Below the pieces are notes generated by a model. That model had not been told where the DNA came from and searched no databases. It worked only from the letters and a program-made list of their open reading frames with translations. This document shows, piece by piece, positions 11,729-22,198 of a stretch of 64,000 bases of DNA. Positions within the stretch are counted from its first letter, which is position 1, and each line of letters starts with the position of its first letter. Made by a program: the position numbers and the translations under genes. Source of the stretch: Auanema rhodensis (lineage: Eukaryota > Animalia > Nematoda); assembly GCA_964057225.1 (NCBI GenBank), contig OZ059894.1:11656001-11720000 (forward strand), written 5' to 3'.

Positions 11729-14700
11729 ATGGTTTATTGAATAACTAATGTTATGATACAATAAATAACCAATAAAAAAGAGCCCAGAATCGGGGAGACG
11801 GTATTACCAGTACAACTTAAAACAGCAAGTAATTAAAAAGTACATAATAAGACACATTGCCAACAGAGGCTAAAACGACTCAAGAGTCGGGGGAGTGGGT
11901 TAAAAAAAATGAACAAAAAAATGAATATTAAAGCAGAACAATGAGAAATCAAGTGCCGCTATGATCAAACAATTTGAGTGCCTACGGCAATGATGTTAAA
12001 AATAAACAACAAAATACATGTACCAATGAAGGTCAGAAAGAAAGAAACAAAAGACAAAAATAAGTAATACAAAAAGTAAATACATTACAATCAAATCACA
12101 AACAAGTCAATTGATAATTTCTTCTTCATATTGCCTTACACCAGAAACATGTTCCACGTAGATATTCCTGGCCCACTTGATGGTATCGGCGACGACGAGC
12201 TTCTCCATTAGCCGGTTGTAGTGGCTGCTGATCTTGAGTGATCGGAGGGCTTGTCCGTTGAGCGGGTCCATAGTTCCAAGCATTCCTACGACATACGCTT
12301 CTACACTAGTCTTATAACCAAGACATTGGTATTGGCTGGCTATGTCAGCATATTTCCTCTCCTTTATCATACGCGCGGCTATCATGGCTTGACGGCGGTT
12401 TTCATAGCTCACTGTAACATCAACGATACTACAGTGTTTTGCGTCATGATCGACCACTACTATGTCAGGTCGGAGTGTACTATTAATGCCAGGAAGAGGC
12501 TGGTTAGTGTAAACTTCTCCGTTTTTAGGCTCTGGCAGGGCTTTGATAAGACGGTCCACGATGTTGTTGTGGCGGAGTTGGATTGCTCTCGTGTGAGAGT
12601 GGCAGTGTCCAAGAACATGTGCAGCAGTTTCGTTGGAGTAACTACACCTGCGGCACTGTTTGTTTCCTTCTCCGTGTCTTCTACAGCCATTGAGCTGGAG
12701 AGTATTGAGTCGAGCCTTGTGGATGAATCGCCAATCAGCAAACCGTATGAAATCTCCCTTCGCCATAAAGTGATTGGACGCTTTGTTGAGCATTGTGACA
12801 TCAAAGACTTTCCCTTGATCCGGTTTTTGAAGAAGGATCCGAAGGTCTTTCAGCCATAATGCACGTCGCAGGCTTCTGTGGCATAGTGAAGGTGTTAACA
12901 GTTGGTTGTTTAGATTGAGTTCTAAACCACTTTCGAGGCATGTCCAGTTAGCGTTGATGAGTTTCTTGAGTTGACGCATCGCTACTCTTACTCTAGTCCA
13001 GATGGAGGAAACATCAGATGTTTCGGTGTCGAAAATGCCATCAACGGAACCGTTGTAATATGCAGCTGTCTCATCGTTACTGGCTTGACGTTTAATCCTT
13101 TTTGATGCTACTTTTTTTGAGTCTTGATGCGCAATATCAGCTACTACAAGATCAGATGACTTCAAAAGTTGGTAGGCATGAGTGACTTCACAGACGTCTG
13201 ACAGGTGTTGGAGTCGAGAGAGACCAAGTCCGCCGTAGTTAGTTGGCAGGTAGATTGGTTCAGCACTGGCGTTTGGAGGATAGTGCATCCATCTACGGGC
13301 ACAGCGTTTGAGTTCTTTGTCAAAGGCGACTAGTTTACTCTTTGGGACGTGGCCATTCGTCATATGAAAATTAAGGCAGGGCATCAGGAAGGTGCGTACT
13401 GCGTCAGCTTTCTGCCATTCAGCAAGTAAGGATTTGTCAATTTTTTCCAAGTGTTGACTCATAATATTCACTGTTGGAACCGCAGACTTATGTAAATGCA
13501 TTCCAGTAGGGATTCCCAGGTGGGAGTAGCTGTCGAATTTGCTGAGAGCGGGTAGAGAGGAGCTCTGTAGCATGTATGAGGCTGTTGATATTTTCCCTTT
13601 GTCGATCGTCAAGGTGGCGCATTTCGCTGGTTTGAAGGTCAAGCCTGTGAAATTAGCCGCATTTGATGCTGCGTCCAACATTTTCTGTAGATCTTCTGAT
13701 GATGAGGAGACCAGGGCAAGGTCATCGGCGTACGCTAGCACAGCGATGTTGTGGTTGTGTAGCTTATAGCCAGTAGAGGATTCCAAGATGGTTTTAATTA
13801 GAGGTTCAATGGCAAGGTTGAACAGGATCGGAGATAGTGGGGATCCTTGTAACACACCTGCATGAACTGGAATGGTCGATGTGAGTCCGGAGCCTGTCTG
13901 GATTCTTGTAGAGGCATCTGTGTATAGAGCTCGTACTCGGGATATTGAGGCTTCAGCCACTCCTGACCATCTTAGAACGTCTAGCAGAGTTTCGTGTGGC
14001 AGCGATCCAAAAGCGTTTGCGAGATCAAGCCAAGCAATTGCAATTTTCTCACGTTTACGTTTAGCGTCCGCAATGGTACTTTGCAACATAAAGTTGTGTT
14101 CCATGCATCCAGCTTTGGCCACAAAGCCCTTTTGGGAGGGAGAAAGTCTTTTTTCTGCTCTTGCCCATGTTAGCAGTCGATGCGTAAGACAAGCTGAGTA
14201 CGTCTTACCAATTGTGCACGAAAGTGCTATTGGTCGCCAGTTGTTAATGTCAGCTTTATCACCTTTCTTATGGATGAGGACGGTGGTCGACTCTTTCCAG
14301 GAAAAAGGGATGTGTCCTAGCTTGTGTACGGTGTTAAATATCGCTGCTAATATGTGACCTCCTTGGTCAAATTTCTTCCAGTGCGAGTATCGAAGTCCAT
14401 CAGCTCCTGGAGCCGTATCGCTGCAACGTCGTATGCGTTCCCAGACTTCCAAAGGGGTGAAAACACCTTCTAATGGGTCGGTACTAGCTGGCAAATCCGG
14501 TCTGGTGACTGTGATGGGGAGGGCTGGGCCTTGACTGCTGTGAACAGAAAGGAAATGTTTTTCAACCTCTGCAGATGGTATGGTGCAGGTTTCACTTTGT
14601 TCTCCGAGCAGTTGTCGAAAGGCTTTCTTCTTGTTGGCCCTCCAGAGCTTCTGGAGCTTCATCGCCTGGGTTTTTTGGTCTTCCTCAGGTTGTGTGTGTG

Positions 14701-15437
14701 GTCGGCGCCTTTGTCGGAAGTTGGGAACTTTGATCATAATGTCAAGAGACTTTCTGATTGCGTCTACCAACTCTTCCAGGACCTGCTCGAGCTCACTTTT
14801 GCACACAACCTTTTTAATTCTATCCACCCAAGTATTTTCAGAGTTTCTATTCGGATCAGGGTCGGCAAAAAATGGTTCTGTACTCGAAACCCTGATCTCG
14901 TTGAATATTTCACTCTCTCGCGGAAGGGGGGAAACTTCGGCCTCTGGGGACAAGTCCAGAATTGGGGCCTCAAACAAGCGTACCGTTGATGGAGATCCTT
15001 GTTCCTGTCCACTGGATGATGTTTCCTCCATTGTACGCTCCTCCACGGGCGGGGTGGTCGTCCTTGTGCCTGGTGGGCGGGTGTTCCTGATCCTCCGCAA
15101 TATAGGGCGGGAACTGGGCTCTCTCGGAGATAGAGGTGAGATCACCACAGTTTCCTCTATGATGCGGAGGCATCCTTCAGCTTTTTTCTGATGGCTTTTA
15201 ACGGCCTTCAGATTGCTGGTGAGGCCACAGGCACGGCACTCAAATTCTACTCCGACCTCATGTTCTCTCCGAAGATGGCGGACGAGACCATTGTGGTCTG
15301 AGTAGGATCGCGGAATAGGAGCGCAGATTGAACAAGAAAAAGGGCTCTGAAGAGGCACCTTTAGCTTGTAAAGCCCTTGCTCCATCTCTAGCAGATCTAA
15401 AGACTTACGTAGTACAGTTGCAATATCGATTTAGCCA
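11729..15437 (-). mobile_element. Element A copy 1: near-full-length U2-targeting RLE non-LTR retrotransposon (Utopia-like, NeSL-related)
   Basis: Single ZnF-RT-RLE ORF; ~380-bp AT-rich 3' UTR ending AATAAACC; joined to U2 nt 38-end downstream and U2 nt 39-96 upstream; same orientation as U2. Confidence 0.95.
12107..15385 (-). CDS. Reverse transcriptase / restriction-like endonuclease polyprotein (1092 aa)
   Basis: N-terminal C2H2 (CSIC..H....H) and C2HC (CRAC..H..C) zinc fingers; RT motifs APGADG, WRPIAL, QKGF, WLDLANAFGS, GVLQGSPLSP, YADD, YSHLG; CCHC knuckle CRRC..ETAAHVLGHC; RHN; RLE core RPD..DVT..E..KERKY; C-terminal IYVEHVSGVRQY. Confidence 0.97.
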   Translation of the reverse strand: MEQGLYKLKVPLQSPFSCSICAPIPRSYSDHNGLVRHLRREHEVGVEFECRACGLTSNLKAVKSHQKKAEGCLRIIEETVVISPLSPREPSSRPILRRIRNTRPPGTRTTTPPVEERTMEETSSSGQEQGSPSTVRLFEAPILDLSPEAEVSPLPRESEIFNEIRVSSTEPFFADPDPNRNSENTWVDRIKKVVCKSELEQVLEELVDAIRKSLDIMIKVPNFRQRRRPHTQPEEDQKTQAMKLQKLWRANKKKAFRQLLGEQSETCTIPSAEVEKHFLSVHSSQGPALPITVTRPDLPASTDPLEGVFTPLEVWERIRRCSDTAPGADGLRYSHWKKFDQGGHILAAIFNTVHKLGHIPFSWKESTTVLIHKKGDKADINNWRPIALSCTIGKTYSACLTHRLLTWARAEKRLSPSQKGFVAKAGCMEHNFMLQSTIADAKRKREKIAIAWLDLANAFGSLPHETLLDVLRWSGVAEASISRVRALYTDASTRIQTGSGLTSTIPVHAGVLQGSPLSPILFNLAIEPLIKTILESSTGYKLHNHNIAVLAYADDLALVSSSSEDLQKMLDAASNAANFTGLTFKPAKCATLTIDKGKISTASYMLQSSSLPALSKFDSYSHLGIPTGMHLHKSAVPTVNIMSQHLEKIDKSLLAEWQKADAVRTFLMPCLNFHMTNGHVPKSKLVAFDKELKRCARRWMHYPPNASAEPIYLPTNYGGLGLSRLQHLSDVCEVTHAYQLLKSSDLVVADIAHQDSKKVASKRIKRQASNDETAAYYNGSVDGIFDTETSDVSSIWTRVRVAMRQLKKLINANWTCLESGLELNLNNQLLTPSLCHRSLRRALWLKDLRILLQKPDQGKVFDVTMLNKASNHFMAKGDFIRFADWRFIHKARLNTLQLNGCRRHGEGNKQCRRCSYSNETAAHVLGHCHSHTRAIQLRHNNIVDRLIKALPEPKNGEVYTNQPLPGINSTLRPDIVVVDHDAKHCSIVDVTVSYENRRQAMIAARMIKERKYADIASQYQCLGYKTSVEAYVVGMLGTMDPLNGQALRSLKISSHYNRLMEKLVVADTIKWARNIYVEHVSGVRQYEEEIIN

Positions 15438-15495
15438 TTAACCTTATTGTGAACCAATGGAACACATATCGAAGGTTAATTCGATAAGAACGATT
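15438..15495 (-). pseudogene. U2 snRNA fragment (nt 39-96) between element B and element A; target-site duplication
   Basis: 58 bp identical to array U2 nt 39-96. Confidence 0.95.
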
Positions 15496-16238
15496 TATTG
15501 ACGTAGAGAATGTTTGTCCCGGAGGACTACAATTTAAAAAAATAATTACTGAAGCCGGAAGGCAGCGAGAAATAAAATGGATACTACCTGCACTGAGTGC
15601 GTCGTATCAAAAAAAAAAAGAGAATGATAGTCTTAAAGAAGAGAACAGCACATAAAGAAAAGTAGAACTTCCATCTGATGCTACGGGTTTAGAGGAATAG
15701 CTTATGTCAGATATCGGTTAAACATAAATGATTAGGGCAATTGCGGAACAAGGATAGTGTAATTAACATTGTTTACAGAGTTCAGGTTCTGAAGCTACGG
15801 ATAAAGAAGGGTTAGCTTGACAGATTGAAGTTAAAATGAACAACGTGGCATATTTCAGTACAGCACAATAGTAATAGCGAGACTACGGAAAAAAAAAAAA
15901 AGCTCTGTTCTGGTCCTGGAACGGCGGCTTCGACGTCTTCTGGGTGCCACTGCGGTTTGAAGGGTCAGCTAGCTTAACAGTAGAACGGCGGCAAGGCGGA
16001 ACAGGAGAAGAACATCGACGATCCTCCGGCTCGGCTGTCATAGTGTGCGACTTCTTGTTCATAATGGTAGCGGTGTCCTCGTGCTTCTTCTTTCTCCACA
16101 AAAATTACTACACTATCTGAGCGGGAGAAGCCACAGATAACATAGGACCGCCTCAAGGCCTGGTAGATCAACCAGTGTTGCTTCAATCACCAAGTATTGC
16201 GGCCTGGGCCCTTGGATCAATTCACAACACCAGTATAG
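15496..16238 (-). mobile_element. Element B: ~743-bp non-autonomous element inserted at the same U2 site
   Basis: No RT or endonuclease ORF; 3' end CGTCAATA joined to U2 nt 39; 5' end CTATACTGGT joined to U2 nt 79; both termini recur, decayed, in every array unit. Confidence 0.8.
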
Positions 16239-16317
16239 CAATGGAACACATATCGAAGGTTAATTCGATAAGAACGATTACTACACTTTGATCTTAGCCA
16301 AAAGGCCGAGAAGCGAT
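16239..16317 (-). pseudogene. U2: 5' part (nt 1-79) of interrupted U2 gene with intact upstream region
   Basis: Identical to U2 nt 1-79, then switches to element B. Confidence 0.95.
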
Positions 16318-16759
16318 ACAGCATAGCCATGAGTATCAAAGACATCAAGCAAATGTATCGTACTTGTTACGAGTGCACTCTCTCATTTGAATATAAAAGT
16401 GTGGTTTGACAATCTTGACTGTACAGGTCATAAATGGCTCATATAAACTGTGGATTTACTCAACTTTTGGACTTATTTTTTTCTTATTCGAAGCGCTGCA
16501 CTTTTTTCTATTCTTTTTATTCAAATACTTGTATATAGTTTTATATGTACGGTTGCAAAGTTTCCGAATATTTTATATATTTTTATACAATAATTAGGAG
16601 AAGGTTAATACAATGAAATCTCCCAACTTTACAGTGTTTGTATTGCTTACAGTATCTAGAACAACCACTCTTGTAATATTAGAGCACATATCAATCAACA
16701 ACTTTTTCTAGTTATCAAAGCTTTTTTATTTCTTCAAGATATTTCAAATAAAATATAAA

Positions 16760-16878
16760 AGCTTACGACACCCGGGATTCCCAAGCCGTCTCCGATCCAA
16801 GTACTAACCGGGCCCAACGTTGCTTGACTTGCCAGATCGGACGGGATGGCGTACTTTCAACGTGGTATGGTCGTAAGC
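16760..16878 (-). rRNA. 5S rRNA
   Basis: Copy of 201-319. Confidence 0.98.
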
Positions 16879-17119
16879 AATGTTATATTCTTCATTATCA
16901 GTTATATCACTCTAAATCTTGTTGTTAATAGTTAGGACCACAAAGAAAACAACAGGAACAGTAACAAATGAAATGCCCAAACTTTACAGTGTTCGAGTTA
17001 TTTACAGTATCTAAGACTACCTCTGTCGTGTTATTAGAGCAAACATTCGATTAACAACAACTTTTTTTTAGTTATCAAAGCTTTTTTATTTCTTCAAAAA
17101 ATTTCAAATAAAATATAAA

Positions 17120-17238
17120 AGCTTACGACACCCGGGATTCCCAAGCCGTCTCCGATCCAAGTACTAACCGGGCCCAACGTTGCTTGACTTGCCAGATCGG
17201 ACGGGATGGCGTACTTTCAACGTGGTATGGTCGTAAGC
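17120..17238 (-). rRNA. 5S rRNA
   Basis: Copy of 201-319. Confidence 0.98.
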
Positions 17239-17380
17239 AATGTCATATTCTTCATTATCAGTTATATCACTCTAAATCTTGTTGTTAATAGATACGACCA
17301 CAAAGAAAACAACAGGAACAGTAACAATAACAAAAAAAATTTTTTTTTCACCTATGTGTCTAAAGGTTAGCCATGTATCC

Positions 17381-17432
<52 letters not shown>

Positions 17433-18613
17433 ACAGTAAAAAGTCCAATCAAGAGAGAAATTTTTTCAACACATAGTTGTTTTTTTTTTAAATATCATTG
17501 TTTTTCCTCATAACTCGGTTTAAACTCGTTCTAACCCGTTGAAATACGTCTAGAAAGTCTTTATAACATGCATATGTATGATAGAACTTCATATTTATTG
17601 TAATAGAAAATTTTATTTTCAGACGTCTTGGTTAACAATGATATGTTTTACCCCCTTATAATTTTTATCATAATGTTCCTTATACGGAACGCTCAATGAA
17701 ACTTGCTTCCAGAAAAATTTCTTTCTATTTTTTCTTCATATGTACGTAGATACTATAGAGAACTATGATAGAAAACTTTAACATTCACGAAATCATCATT
17801 TCTCATTACGCTACGGAGGTTTAAAAAGCTGTGTTTTACCTTATAATAGACCGGAAAACCCTTGTGTTAAAACTGGACCGTTTTTACACATATAAAAATG
17901 TCCCGTATTCGGGACCCTAATGTAACTTTTGATTCCCTATATTTTTTTTCATGAAATTTACAATCTACTGTAGAAAGAAGAATTATTTTTATAAAAACTG
18001 TAAATTTTTGAAAAATGAAAACAAAACGAAAACAAAAACAACTTTTTTTTGAACATTTTCTCACACAAGGGTCCCCCCTTACCTACTTTTTTTCTCATTA
18101 CTCGTTTCAACCTCATCCGATCACTCTGCAAACATGTTTAATCGTTCTAACTTGTTGAAATACGTCTTAAAAGTCTAAACAACATGCATATGCATAATAG
18201 AAACCACCCGAATAGGCCCCCACGCACTAAACGAGATATATACATTACCAGTATAGTAATAGAACACATATTGAAGATTAATTCGATAAGAACAATTTAT
18301 TGACGTAGAGAATGTTTGTTCCGAAAAACTACAATATTAAACTATAAAAGTAACAAAAGCGTAGAGGCAGCAAAGACATGAATAAACATAAATGTAAATA
18401 CAGAATTACCAGGTAGTACATAAGTATGACAAAAAATTATAAGAAAGCCATGAAAATAGAAGGTTTGTGAACAAATGAGAGGTACATCTTTGATCGTATA
18501 GTCATTTCTAAACCGTTCGTATGCTGCAGCATCGTCATAAGCGTCACTCAAGTTGAATTTCCATGTGTACTACACGATTTTCATTCTTATTGTTACATTC
18601 TTTCCCTGAGGGA

Positions 18614-18798
18614 ATGGGCCGTTCCCGCCAGCAGTGCAAGAGCGGGTCGACCCGTGAGGTGGAGCTAGCAAGCCAGCATCTACCTCAAGTCTCAAAAATC
18701 GGTTAACCTTATTGTGAACCAATGGAACACATATCGAAGGTTAATTCGATAAGAACGATTACTACACTTTGATCTTAGCCAAAAGGCCGAGAAGCGAT
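18614..18798 (-). ncRNA. U2: U2 snRNA
   Basis: Copy of 1689-1873. Confidence 0.97.
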
Positions 18799-19240
18799 AC
18801 AGCATAGCCATGAGTATCAAAGACATCAAGCAAATGTATCGTACTTGTTACGAGTGCACTCTCTCATTTGAATATAAAAGTGTGGTTTGACAATCTTGAC
18901 TGTACAGGTCATAAATGGCTCATATAAACTGTGGATTTACTCAACTTTTGGACTTATTTTTTTCTTATTCGAAGCGCTGCACTTTTTTCTATTCTTTTTA
19001 TTCAAATACTTGTATATAGTTTTATATGTACGGTTGCAAAGTTTCCGAATATTTTATATATTTTTATACAATAATTAGGAGAAGGTTAATACAATGAAAT
19101 CTCCCAACTTTACAGTGTTTGTATTGCTTACAGTATCTAGAACAACCACTCTTGTAATATTAGAGCACATATCAATCAACAACTTTTTCTAGTTATCAAA
19201 GCTTTTTTATTTCTTCAAGATATTTCAAATAAAATATAAA

Positions 19241-19359
19241 AGCTTACGACACCCGGGATTCCCAAGCCGTCTCCGATCCAAGTACTAACCGGGCCCAACG
19301 TTGCTTGACTTGCCAGATCGGACGGGATGGCGTACTTTCAACGTGGTATGGTCGTAAGC
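19241..19359 (-). rRNA. 5S rRNA
   Basis: Copy of 201-319. Confidence 0.98.
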
Positions 19360-19600
19360 AATGTTATATTCTTCATTATCAGTTATATCACTCTAAATCT
19401 TGTTGTTAATAGTTAGGACCACAAAGAAAACAACAGGAACAGTAACAAATGAAATGCCCAAACTTTACAGTGTTCGAGTTATTTACAGTATCTAAGACTA
19501 CCTCTGTCGTGTTATTAGAGCAAACATTCGATTAACAACAACTTTTTTTTAGTTATCAAAGCTTTTTTATTTCTTCAAAAAATTTCAAATAAAATATAAA

Positions 19601-19719
19601 AGCTTACGACACCCGGGATTCCCAAGCCGTCTCCGATCCAAGTACTAACCGGGCCCAACGTTGCTTGACTTGCCAGATCGGACGGGATGGCGTACTTTCA
19701 ACGTGGTATGGTCGTAAGC
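19601..19719 (-). rRNA. 5S rRNA
   Basis: Copy of 201-319. Confidence 0.98.
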
Positions 19720-19861
19720 AATGTCATATTCTTCATTATCAGTTATATCACTCTAAATCTTGTTGTTAATAGATACGACCACAAAGAAAACAACAGGAAC
19801 AGTAACAATAACAAAAAAAATTTTTTTTTCACCTATGTGTCTAAAGGTTAGCCATGTATCC

Positions 19862-19911
<50 letters not shown>

Positions 19912-21092
19912 ACAGTAAAAAGTCCAATCAAGAGAGAAATTTTTTCAACACATAGTTGTTTTTTTTTTAAATATCATTGTTTTTCCTCATAACTCGGTTT
20001 AAACTCGTTCTAACCCGTTGAAATACGTCTAGAAAGTCTTTATAACATGCATATGTATGATAGAACTTCATATTTATTGTAATAGAAAATTTTATTTTCA
20101 GACGTCTTGGTTAACAATGATATGTTTTACCCCCTTATAATTTTTATCATAATGTTCCTTATACGGAACGCTCAATGAAACTTGCTTCCAGAAAAATTTC
20201 TTTCTATTTTTTCTTCATATGTACGTAGATACTATAGAGAACTATGATAGAAAACTTTAACATTCACGAAATCATCATTTCTCATTACGCTACGGAGGTT
20301 TAAAAAGCTGTGTTTTACCTTATAATAGACCGGAAAACCCTTGTGTTAAAACTGGACCGTTTTTACACATATAAAAATGTCCCGTATTCGGGACCCTAAT
20401 GTAACTTTTGATTCCCTATATTTTTTTTCATGAAATTTACAATCTACTGTAGAAAGAAGAATTATTTTTATAAAAACTGTAAATTTTTGAAAAATGAAAA
20501 CAAAACGAAAACAAAAACAACTTTTTTTTGAACATTTTCTCACACAAGGGTCCCCCCTTACCTACTTTTTTTCTCATTACTCGTTTCAACCTCATCCGAT
20601 CACTCTGCAAACATGTTTAATCGTTCTAACTTGTTGAAATACGTCTTAAAAGTCTAAACAACATGCATATGCATAATAGAAACCACCCGAATAGGCCCCC
20701 ACGCACTAAACGAGATATATACATTACCAGTATAGTAATAGAACACATATTGAAGATTAATTCGATAAGAACAATTTATTGACGTAGAGAATGTTTGTTC
20801 CGAAAAACTACAATATTAAACTATAAAAGTAACAAAAGCGTAGAGGCAGCAAAGACATGAATAAACATAAATGTAAATACAGAATTACCAGGTAGTACAT
20901 AAGTATGACAAAAAATTATAAGAAAGCCATGAAAATAGAAGGTTTGTGAACAAATGAGAGGTACATCTTTGATCGTATAGTCATTTCTAAACCGTTCGTA
21001 TGCTGCAGCATCGTCATAAGCGTCACTCAAGTTGAATTTCCATGTGTACTACACGATTTTCATTCTTATTGTTACATTCTTTCCCTGAGGGA

Positions 21093-21277
21093 ATGGGCCG
21101 TTCCCGCCAGCAGTGCAAGAGCGGGTCGACCCGTGAGGTGGAGCTAGCAAGCCAGCATCTACCTCAAGTCTCAAAAATCGGTTAACCTTATTGTGAACCA
21201 ATGGAACACATATCGAAGGTTAATTCGATAAGAACGATTACTACACTTTGATCTTAGCCAAAAGGCCGAGAAGCGAT
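21093..21277 (-). ncRNA. U2: U2 snRNA
   Basis: Copy of 1689-1873. Confidence 0.97.
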
Positions 21278-21719
21278 ACAGCATAGCCATGAGTATCAAA
21301 GACATCAAGCAAATGTATCGTACTTGTTACGAGTGCACTCTCTCATTTGAATATAAAAGTGTGGTTTGACAATCTTGACTGTACAGGTCATAAATGGCTC
21401 ATATAAACTGTGGATTTACTCAACTTTTGGACTTATTTTTTTCTTATTCGAAGCGCTGCACTTTTTTCTATTCTTTTTATTCAAATACTTGTATATAGTT
21501 TTATATGTACGGTTGCAAAGTTTCCGAATATTTTATATATTTTTATACAATAATTAGGAGAAGGTTAATACAATGAAATCTCCCAACTTTACAGTGTTTG
21601 TATTGCTTACAGTATCTAGAACAACCACTCTTGTAATATTAGAGCACATATCAATCAACAACTTTTTCTAGTTATCAAAGCTTTTTTATTTCTTCAAGAT
21701 ATTTCAAATAAAATATAAA

Positions 21720-21838
21720 AGCTTACGACACCCGGGATTCCCAAGCCGTCTCCGATCCAAGTACTAACCGGGCCCAACGTTGCTTGACTTGCCAGATCGG
21801 ACGGGATGGCGTACTTTCAACGTGGTATGGTCGTAAGC
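21720..21838 (-). rRNA. 5S rRNA
   Basis: Copy of 201-319. Confidence 0.98.
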
Positions 21839-22079
21839 AATGTTATATTCTTCATTATCAGTTATATCACTCTAAATCTTGTTGTTAATAGTTAGGACCA
21901 CAAAGAAAACAACAGGAACAGTAACAAATGAAATGCCCAAACTTTACAGTGTTCGAGTTATTTACAGTATCTAAGACTACCTCTGTCGTGTTATTAGAGC
22001 AAACATTCGATTAACAACAACTTTTTTTTAGTTATCAAAGCTTTTTTATTTCTTCAAAAAATTTCAAATAAAATATAAA

Positions 22080-22198
22080 AGCTTACGACACCCGGGATTC
22101 CCAAGCCGTCTCCGATCCAAGTACTAACCGGGCCCAACGTTGCTTGACTTGCCAGATCGGACGGGATGGCGTACTTTCAACGTGGTATGGTCGTAAGC
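22080..22198 (-). rRNA. 5S rRNA
   Basis: Copy of 201-319. Confidence 0.98.

Noticed and set aside
12251-15191. Overlapping and antisense ORFs of 67-203 aa within element A (also 49417-52195)
   Set aside because: Shadows of the long RT ORF with no recognisable motifs
11729-15437. Assignment to R2, 5S-targeting elements or the U2-targeting Tx1-clade element Keno
   Set aside because: Target is U2, not 28S or 5S (no 5S copy is interrupted); endonuclease is a C-terminal RLE, not an N-terminal APE
15670-15720. Possible hammerhead ribozyme (ctgatg...)
   Set aside because: Reads CTGATGC, not CTGANGA, with no correctly placed GAAA core
15883-16186. 70- and 72-aa ORFs in element B
   Set aside because: TTG starts, no domain motifs, one ends in a T-run; a remnant N-terminus of another family cannot be fully excluded
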